Source: Candidatus Bathyarchaeia archaeon
GTDB taxonomy: Archaea; Thermoproteota; Bathyarchaeia; 40CM-2-53-6
Direction of reading: 5' to 3'
Length of the DNA: 64,000 bases
NCBI GenBank assembly: GCA_050013255.1
Contig: JBEKFP010000001.1
Coordinates: forward strand, 544,001-608,000
The position numbers and the translations under genes are program-made. The notes under the pieces are model-generated. The model was given only the letters and a program-made list of their open reading frames with translations, made no database searches and was not told the origin of the DNA. Below, one piece after another: positions 57,958 to 64,000 of the stretch (position 1 is its first letter; each line of letters starts with the position of its first letter).

Positions 57958-58188
57958 ATGAGCTATTGTGGTTGTGGTTACCCGTACAGCTATTCGTCGT
58001 ACCAGTACTCACCGTACCAGTACTCGCCGTACCAGTACTATGGCTATTCACCTTACATGGCGTACCCATCGTACGGCTACTATCCATCCTACGGCCTGCC
58101 GTTAGGCTACGTTTACAGCGAACCATTTGCCTTTGGTTACCCGCGCGGTGAACACCGCGTCGGCAACTGCCTAATGATCTGTCAGTAG
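57958..58188 (+). CDS. Tyr-rich low-complexity small protein (76 aa)
   Basis: MSYCGCGYPYSYSSYQYSPYQYSPYQYY...CLMICQ; 21 Tyr; purine-rich GGAGG upstream. Confidence 0.72.
   Translation: MSYCGCGYPYSYSSYQYSPYQYSPYQYYGYSPYMAYPSYGYYPSYGLPLGYVYSEPFAFGYPRGEHRVGNCLMICQ
57998..58039 (+). repeat. 15-nt coding tandem repeat (about 3 units, YQYSP)
   Basis: CGTACCAGTACT at 57998, 58013 and 58028. Confidence 0.9.
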
Positions 58189-58298
58189 AGCAACAACTCT
58201 TCCTTCGCGTCTATGAGGCCGCAATGTGAATAGCAGCGTAAGCTCTAGACCGGCCGCCGATTGTTGGGTCCTAGAGTCTCATTGGGGTCCATTTCAAA

Positions 58299-59570
58299 AT
58301 GAGTGGCCACGAGTCACACAACGCACGTGACGTTAAGCTTCTGCTTGTTGCAATGGGCATTAACGCGTTACCTCTTGGTTACACGCTCGTCGTTTTGCCG
58401 ATCTATTTGAGCAACCTAGGTTTCTCAGGCGAGGTAATAGGTGCAATAACAGCTGCTTCGTCTTTTGCAAGCACGATTGGGCTGATACCTTTCGCGATTG
58501 CTGCCGACCGTTATGGTAGGAAGCCTTTCGTTGTTTGGGGCTTCCTATCGGCGACCTTGGCCTACATAGTCTTTGCATTTACCCGCGACTTGAACTCGTT
58601 GTTAATAGCTGGCGCAATTGGTGGAATTGGGTTAGCGGGTGGTTTCAGTACCGCAGTCTGGACGCCTGCGTGGACGGCACTCATTTCCGAAAAGGCGGGA
58701 GCGGAAGAGCGAACCAGAGTTTTCGCGTTGTCGCAAGGTATCTGGACGATTGCACTAACCGCTGGGTCAGCTGCGAGTGTTCTTCCAGCCTTCTTCCGCG
58801 CACAGTTCAGTTCGACGTTCCTAGCATCTTACGAGTATCCGTTTCTGATTTTTGTGGGCCTCTCGATTTTATCGGGTTTGGTTCTCTTACCAATTTCTGA
58901 GTCGAAAGTGATTCCGACAGGCCTCAACGACGGCCACCGATGGAACTTCCTTCCCAAGAAATCGCGTCCTCAAATCGCCAAGTTCTCAGCGACCTTAGGT
59001 TTGGTCGGGTTTGGATCCGGAATTGGCCTCCAGCTGCTTTCTCTCTGGTTCAATAAGGTGTATGGGACAAGTGAAACGACTCTCGGCCCATGGTTCGCGG
59101 TAGCCGAAATAACATCACTGATCGTTGTACCAATAGTTCCGAGATTAACGAAAAGCTTGGGCACCCCCAAGAGTGTTCTCATGACGCAGGGATTATCAGC
59201 CAGTCTGCTGGCGTCAATGGTTCTTGCGCCAACATACCAGTTCGCTGCATCCATCTTTATTGCGCGTAACTTCTTCATGAACTTGGCATGGCCAGTGCAA
59301 CAATCTTACTTGATGGGAACCGTAACGCCCGACGAACGGGCCTCCGCATCAGCGATAACTTACACAATCTGGGGGGTAGGAAATTCCGTTAGTCCGATTC
59401 TAGCAGGCTATTTCCTAAGCCAGGCTTCACCGCTCTCGCTCTCCGCGCCTCTACTAATCGGCGGAGCAGCATATTTGGCGGGTGCTGTAGGCTTTTACAT
59501 ACTCTTTCGCGGAATCCCGCCAGCAGAGGAGGTACTCCCCCTATCAAACATCGGTCATGAGGTCATGTAG
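58299..59570 (+). CDS. MFS transporter
   Basis: ADRYGRKP motif A, 12 TM, RNFFMN. Confidence 0.94.
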   Translation: MSGHESHNARDVKLLLVAMGINALPLGYTLVVLPIYLSNLGFSGEVIGAITAASSFASTIGLIPFAIAADRYGRKPFVVWGFLSATLAYIVFAFTRDLNSLLIAGAIGGIGLAGGFSTAVWTPAWTALISEKAGAEERTRVFALSQGIWTIALTAGSAASVLPAFFRAQFSSTFLASYEYPFLIFVGLSILSGLVLLPISESKVIPTGLNDGHRWNFLPKKSRPQIAKFSATLGLVGFGSGIGLQLLSLWFNKVYGTSETTLGPWFAVAEITSLIVVPIVPRLTKSLGTPKSVLMTQGLSASLLASMVLAPTYQFAASIFIARNFFMNLAWPVQQSYLMGTVTPDERASASAITYTIWGVGNSVSPILAGYFLSQASPLSLSAPLLIGGAAYLAGAVGFYILFRGIPPAEEVLPLSNIGHEVM

Positions 59571-59585
59571 ACGAGGGGCTGAATC

Positions 59586-59969
59586 TCAAGCCTTAACAGG
59601 GACTAGTTTCTTGCCCTCCCAGTTGAAACCTAACTCCTTCAGCTCTTCCAAGAACCACCTTAGGTTTTCTTTCGGTTCATGAAACCTGTCGAAGAGCTCT
59701 TTCATGACATACCCGAGGAATGAGGCGAAGAGTTGCTTATCCTCGATGTACAGCCGGTTTAGGAATAACGACAAGCGGTCAAGCTCGTAATCTCCCGTGA
59801 GGACATCGGCATAGACATTTTCCCAAGCTTTCTCCAGGTTGAAATGCCGCACAGCTTCACGCATATACGGGAAAAGGTCAGTGAAATATTCGCGTAACAT
59901 TCCCTGGGAGCGAAAGACTGCCTGCACAAGTTTTCTAATTCTCATATCTACTTCTGGAATGCCGCTCAA
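59586..59969 (-). CDS. Hypothetical protein
   Basis: 127-aa helical-looking ORF, co-oriented downstream of the NUDIX fusion. Confidence 0.7.
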   Translation of the reverse strand: MSGIPEVDMRIRKLVQAVFRSQGMLREYFTDLFPYMREAVRHFNLEKAWENVYADVLTGDYELDRLSLFLNRLYIEDKQLFASFLGYVMKELFDRFHEPKENLRWFLEELKELGFNWEGKKLVPVKA

Positions 59970-60008
59970 AGATCATCGATCCAACGAGTCTACAACCTTA
60001 GCTCCCTA

Positions 60009-61301
60009 TTATGGATAGATTTCCTTGAGCATGAGTTTTATTCGGTTTTCTACTTCGCTCGGTTCTACCGCGCCAGTTTCCGTAATGTATTCCGAAACGT
60101 CGTGGCTTGGCGTGATGTCGAAAAGGTCGTTTGAAGCCTGAACAGGTTCACCTAGAAAATCGGCCGTACTGAACTTCATCGACTCGCAGACACTGTAGAA
60201 GGGGATTCCCCGTTCTTTTGCTGCGGCAGCAATGCTCTTGGTTCCGACCTTGTGAAGTAGGGAACCATCCGTCAGGACGCTGTCAGCCCCAACCAACACG
60301 ATGTCAACACCTGAAATAACTGAACTAGCCGCTGAATCGGCGACGAGTTTCACAGGCACACCCAGACCCGCTAGGGCTTTAGCGAGCTTCCTTCCTTCCA
60401 TTCCCGGGTATGACTCTGTGGCATAAACCTCGAATTGTTTCCTACCCTTCATGCCTAGCTCCAACGCCCTTAGGACAGTGCTACTGTAGCTGTGGGTGAG
60501 GACATGGTCAGCTTCTGGCAATATAGCAACGGCGTTTCTCGAGGCGTCCTCCGAGGCGCCGCTTGACCGTTGAGCCATCCCCTCAGATAGCGAGCGGATT
60601 AACATCCCGTAATCGGCAGCGGAAACTGAGCCCTCCTTCCGGGCGGCCGAGAATAAGAACATGCCAACTAGATTTCTTACATTCGCCATAGCTGGTTGCA
60701 CTTTGCGCAACTTTAGCGCCGCAAATAGGAGGTTGCAGAACACCTCCTCAGTAGTTGTGGTCCCTGAAATTTCAGTGGTGGCAGCTAGTAGTTGAATTGC
60801 GCTCCGGCCGATTGTGCTTGCCCCGTGAACCTTATCCTTCGCAAGAGAGTCGACTCCTGCCATAACCTTGGTGAGCTCTTCTGGAGCGGAATGGAAGTTG
60901 CAGCGGACGCGGTCAAAGGTTTCTTCGAGTTTCGGGACCGTTTCATACGACCTTAGCTCATTAGGGTGAATCCATCTGCATTCTGCATTTTCCCAATCGA
61001 GCATAATTGTATTTGACCGTGTTTCAAACAGGAATGGGTGAACAATCCAGACAGTCTTCGTTTGCTCGTCATATGCGCGAAGGACTTCACCCGCCCTTAC
61101 CAAGTCGATATACTCTGGGGACAAGCCGAGCTCTTCTTGTATTTCGATTTGCGCGCGTTGTAGCGGATCTTCGCTTCCTTCCAGATAGCCACTTACCGCT
61201 GCCCATTTGCCCTTGTGTGTCCCAACCTTCTCGCTTCTTCTTAGTAGAAGGATTTTTTTATCGGCAATCAGAAACGCGGTTACGACGTTTTTGTATTCCA
61301 A
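60009..61301 (-). CDS. NUDIX hydrolase fused to an eIF-2B/ribose-bisphosphate-isomerase-like domain
   Basis: SGYLEGSEDPLQRAQIEIQEELGL Nudix box; HGA, QPAMA, LTHSYSSTV, ESYPGMEG, VGADSV, KVGT, FDITP. Confidence 0.88.
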   Translation of the reverse strand: MEYKNVVTAFLIADKKILLLRRSEKVGTHKGKWAAVSGYLEGSEDPLQRAQIEIQEELGLSPEYIDLVRAGEVLRAYDEQTKTVWIVHPFLFETRSNTIMLDWENAECRWIHPNELRSYETVPKLEETFDRVRCNFHSAPEELTKVMAGVDSLAKDKVHGASTIGRSAIQLLAATTEISGTTTTEEVFCNLLFAALKLRKVQPAMANVRNLVGMFLFSAARKEGSVSAADYGMLIRSLSEGMAQRSSGASEDASRNAVAILPEADHVLTHSYSSTVLRALELGMKGRKQFEVYATESYPGMEGRKLAKALAGLGVPVKLVADSAASSVISGVDIVLVGADSVLTDGSLLHKVGTKSIAAAAKERGIPFYSVCESMKFSTADFLGEPVQASNDLFDITPSHDVSEYITETGAVEPSEVENRIKLMLKEIYP

Positions 61302-61327
61302 TTAGCCACACTGAAAACTCTCTTTGC

Positions 61328-62698
61328 TCAATTCTTCAGGGAATCCAGCTGGGGCTGCGCAGTTTCCAATCGGTTCCACAGTTTCGCTGCGGCGCTTTGT
61401 GAGATGGATTGAGCTTTCTCTTCGTCGAAGGTGAGAAGTTGTTTATTCTTGACGATGAACTTACCGTTGACGAGTACGGTTTCAACATCGTCCCCATCTA
61501 CGGTATTGACCAGGTGGCCTACGACGCTGTTGGCGTTGAGCGGTGTTGGGAGTACGTTCGGTTTGATTACTATAAGGTCCGCCTTCTTCCCGGGCTCTAT
61601 GGACCCAAATTCCTTCTCCATGCCGTACAACTTTGCTCCGTTTACCGTCGCCATCTCTAAGACGGTGTAAGGGTCGATTGCGTTCGGGTTCTTATGGTAT
61701 ACTCGGTGCAATAAGTAGGCTGCACGCATGTTCTCGAACATGTCGAATATGTATCCGTCATTTCCCAAGCCCACGTTGATTCTCTTCTCTAGCATTCTAA
61801 GAACTGGCGCAACTCCAACAGCGTTCAACATGTTGCTCATGGGGTTGTGTGCGATACCGGTATTTGTTTGGGCAATGATGTTGATTTCATTGTCATCGAG
61901 GTTCACGCAGTGGGCTAAGACCACGTCAGGCCCAAGCAGTCCAACGTCACGTAACCTTTCCACGGTACGCTTACCATAATTCTCCAAGTTGTGGTGAAGA
62001 TCCCCCAGCCCTTCAGAGGCATGTATGGTAATTGGCACGTGGTACTTTGCCGCCAGCGCCTTTACTCGTTTGATGAGGTCGTCGGAGACAGTGAAGGAGG
62101 CGTGGATACTGAAGAGAGGTTTGGCTTTGCTTTCAGGTTTGGAATGCATTTTCTCTGCGAACCGTACGTTCTCCTGTACCCCCCTCGATCCTTCATCCTT
62201 TGAGTGTCGCTCGGTCGCTTCGAATGCTACAAAACCCCTAATCCCGACCTCCTCGACGGCGCGTGCAATATGGTCCAATACACCTGAGATTGAGTTGGGC
62301 CCTGAATAGGTGTCCGCGAAAGCCGTCACACCTGACTTGGCGAACTCAACCGAAGCAACCAAAGCGCTTGCGTAGGCATCCTCGAAATTCATCGCCTCGT
62401 CCACGGGCCACCAAACACGTTGAAGAATTTGCGTAAAATCTGAGGGCGGCGTTATCTTCAGTGCTGCTCCCCTCAGCAGCATGCCGTACAGGTGCGAGTG
62501 GCTGCAGACGATCCCGGGCATTACGATACGTCCGGACGCGTCTAAGACCTCAGCTGTACCGTGCTTCTTCTGAAGGTCGACAGTCTTCCCGATTTCCACA
62601 ACCTTGCCTCGCTCTATCGCGACGGTATGATCTTCCAATATCCGTCGGTGACTATCCATCGTGACTAAAACACCATTTCTTACGAGGAGGTCAACCAA
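61328..62698 (-). CDS. Metal-dependent amidohydrolase (SsnA/MTA-SAH deaminase-like)
   Basis: CSHSHLY, HASFT, IHASEG, LAHCV, GLGNDG, GSIEPGKKAD. Confidence 0.92.
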   Translation of the reverse strand: MVDLLVRNGVLVTMDSHRRILEDHTVAIERGKVVEIGKTVDLQKKHGTAEVLDASGRIVMPGIVCSHSHLYGMLLRGAALKITPPSDFTQILQRVWWPVDEAMNFEDAYASALVASVEFAKSGVTAFADTYSGPNSISGVLDHIARAVEEVGIRGFVAFEATERHSKDEGSRGVQENVRFAEKMHSKPESKAKPLFSIHASFTVSDDLIKRVKALAAKYHVPITIHASEGLGDLHHNLENYGKRTVERLRDVGLLGPDVVLAHCVNLDDNEINIIAQTNTGIAHNPMSNMLNAVGVAPVLRMLEKRINVGLGNDGYIFDMFENMRAAYLLHRVYHKNPNAIDPYTVLEMATVNGAKLYGMEKEFGSIEPGKKADLIVIKPNVLPTPLNANSVVGHLVNTVDGDDVETVLVNGKFIVKNKQLLTFDEEKAQSISQSAAAKLWNRLETAQPQLDSLKN

Positions 62699-62799
62699 TA
62701 ATGAGGACCAACCTGAGGAGCAACACCATTCGATAAAATAGGTTGTGTTACCATCCTATTTGAAATGAAAAGGGCTGAGTCACTCTGGCTACTTCGAAG

Positions 62800-63396
62800 T
62801 TGCGAATAATTGGCTTGGGGGATTCCACGACGGCTGGCACTCCAGGTTTCCTTTCCCCACTTGAAGCCCCACCTAACGGCCGAGGCAATCCCGAAAGCCA
62901 ATACGCCTACTGGATGAAGAAAACCCATCCCGAGTGGACGGTGTTAAATCGTGGCGTCAACGGCCAGAGGTCAGATGAGATTCTGGCCAGATTCGAACGC
63001 GATGTTCTGTCGGAGTCAGCGAATTGCGTTGTGATCCTGGCAGGAGTCAATGACGTTTACCAAGGCGCACCCTTAGAATTTACAAAGAAACACCTGCTCA
63101 CAATGTATGAGAAAGCCATCGCTGCAAAGATTACTGCGGTTGCAGCCACAGTACTTCCCTACAACACGGCGTCGACTCGTGAAACAGAAGCGATCCGTGA
63201 CCTAAACAATTGGATAGCCAATACCGCGAATCGACTTGGAATTCTGTTCTGCAATACTAATCTGACAGTCAGGGATCCACGCAACAAAGACCGCCTGCTC
63301 AGTACACCGGATGGACTCCACCCCGATGTCTCTGGTTACCGTAAAATGGGCCAAGCTTTAGCTGAGACAATTGCTCGTAAAGCCAAAATCGAATAA
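62800..63396 (+). CDS. SGNH/GDSL hydrolase
   Basis: GDSTTAG, NRGVNG, GVND, DGLHP. Confidence 0.94.
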   Translation: MRIIGLGDSTTAGTPGFLSPLEAPPNGRGNPESQYAYWMKKTHPEWTVLNRGVNGQRSDEILARFERDVLSESANCVVILAGVNDVYQGAPLEFTKKHLLTMYEKAIAAKITAVAATVLPYNTASTRETEAIRDLNNWIANTANRLGILFCNTNLTVRDPRNKDRLLSTPDGLHPDVSGYRKMGQALAETIARKAKIE

Positions 63397-63518
63397 TTTG
63401 GCCACCGGACCCCCCTAAGCCCACACACGAAACTGTCAAAGCCACCTCCTCTTGTACCATGGTGGTGTGCCAGGCTAGTGCCACGGATTCCAAATCTCGG
63501 TAGAATAAGGGGAAGGTA

Positions 63519-64000
63519 TTGCAAACTATTCTAATTGAAAACGGTAAGGTTCTGCGGTCGGGTCGCCTCGCCAAGGCGAATATTGTTATCGAAAATGGAA
63601 GAATAAAATCCGTTGGTATCGCAGAACCCAAGCAGGTTGACAAGCGAATCGATGCGAAAGGTAGGCTCATCCTCCCAGGCTTAGTGGACGGCCATGCTCA
63701 TCTGCATGACCCTGCCTTCACGAATCGCGAGGACTTCACAACTGGTACTTCTGCGGCTGCAGCAGGGGGCGTGACGGCAGTAGTCGAGATGGTTCTTTCG
63801 ACCCCTGTCGACACCCCTGATCGTGTCAAGGCTAAGATCGAGCAGGGAAAACGAAATTCATTGATCGATTTCTCCCTCCACGCTGGGATGATGAACCTCA
63901 GCAACCTTTCTAACATAGCAACAATCGCGGCTTTGGGTGTTCGATCATTCAAGACCTTCACATGCAAACCTTACTACTCCGACGACCACACCCTCATGTC
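63519..64000 (+). CDS. Cyclic amidohydrolase (allantoinase/dihydroorotase/dihydropyrimidinase family), truncated by the window end
   Basis: TTG 63519 reads MQTILIENGKV...IDAKGRLILPGLVDGHAHLHDP...EDFTTGTSAAAAGGVT; no stop before 64000. Confidence 0.92.
   Translation, partial: MQTILIENGKVLRSGRLAKANIVIENGRIKSVGIAEPKQVDKRIDAKGRLILPGLVDGHAHLHDPAFTNREDFTTGTSAAAAGGVTAVVEMVLSTPVDTPDRVKAKIEQGKRNSLIDFSLHAGMMNLSNLSNIATIAALGVRSFKTFTCKPYYSDDHTLM

Noticed and set aside
57998-58039. CRISPR array
   Set aside because: 15-nt contiguous in-frame coding repeat without spacers; no cas genes.
183-63967. The many 60-210 aa ORFs overlapping assigned genes (e.g. 1817..2428, 10288..10902, 14152..14772, 63698..63967)
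   Set aside because: Antisense or off-frame shadows of well-supported genes with no motifs of their own.
1-64000. tRNA/rRNA genes, IS elements, integrases, prophage or defence systems
   Set aside because: No cloverleaf, transposase, recombinase, terminal repeat or defence-domain signature was recognised by eye; covariance-model and HMM scans would be needed to exclude them fully.

Overview
Archaeal chromosomal window, judged by eye to be roughly 50% GC. It has TATA-box promoters, GGTGA/GGAGG ribosome-binding sites and very frequent TTG starts; a Bathyarchaeia-like or related Thermoproteota origin is inferred, not demonstrated. I found no rRNA, tRNA, CRISPR array or mobile element. Contents, in order: (1) serS and two EamA transporters. 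(2) A heme cluster (radical SAM-TetR-hemC-hemD-hemB-chdC-hemE-cpfC) of the coproporphyrin-dependent type, with a candidate TetR operator. (3) paaF/paaG-like crotonases next to an orphan four-Glu/two-His ferritin-like diiron protein. (4) A ~20 kb catabolic region with many doubled enzymes (2 metallophosphoesterases, 3 aminotransferases, 2 cyclases, 2 HpcH aldolases) plus an APC permease, a nucleotidyltransferase-fold protein and a shared 28-nt cis-element. (5) The best candidate for an undescribed system, at 36.7-41.6 kb: a five-gene respiratory operon with a Tat-exported 4x[4Fe-4S] protein and an ActC-like NrfD subunit, no molybdopterin subunit and no c-type cytochrome, flanked by two cupredoxins with Met-substituted CuA-like motifs and a divergent wHTH + small membrane protein pair. 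(6) Assorted housekeeping and catabolic genes. Also notable: apparent CTG/ACG start codons, an unannotated 32-aa Cys/His mini-protein, and a 28% Tyr small protein. All product calls come from motif recognition by eye; no database search was run.
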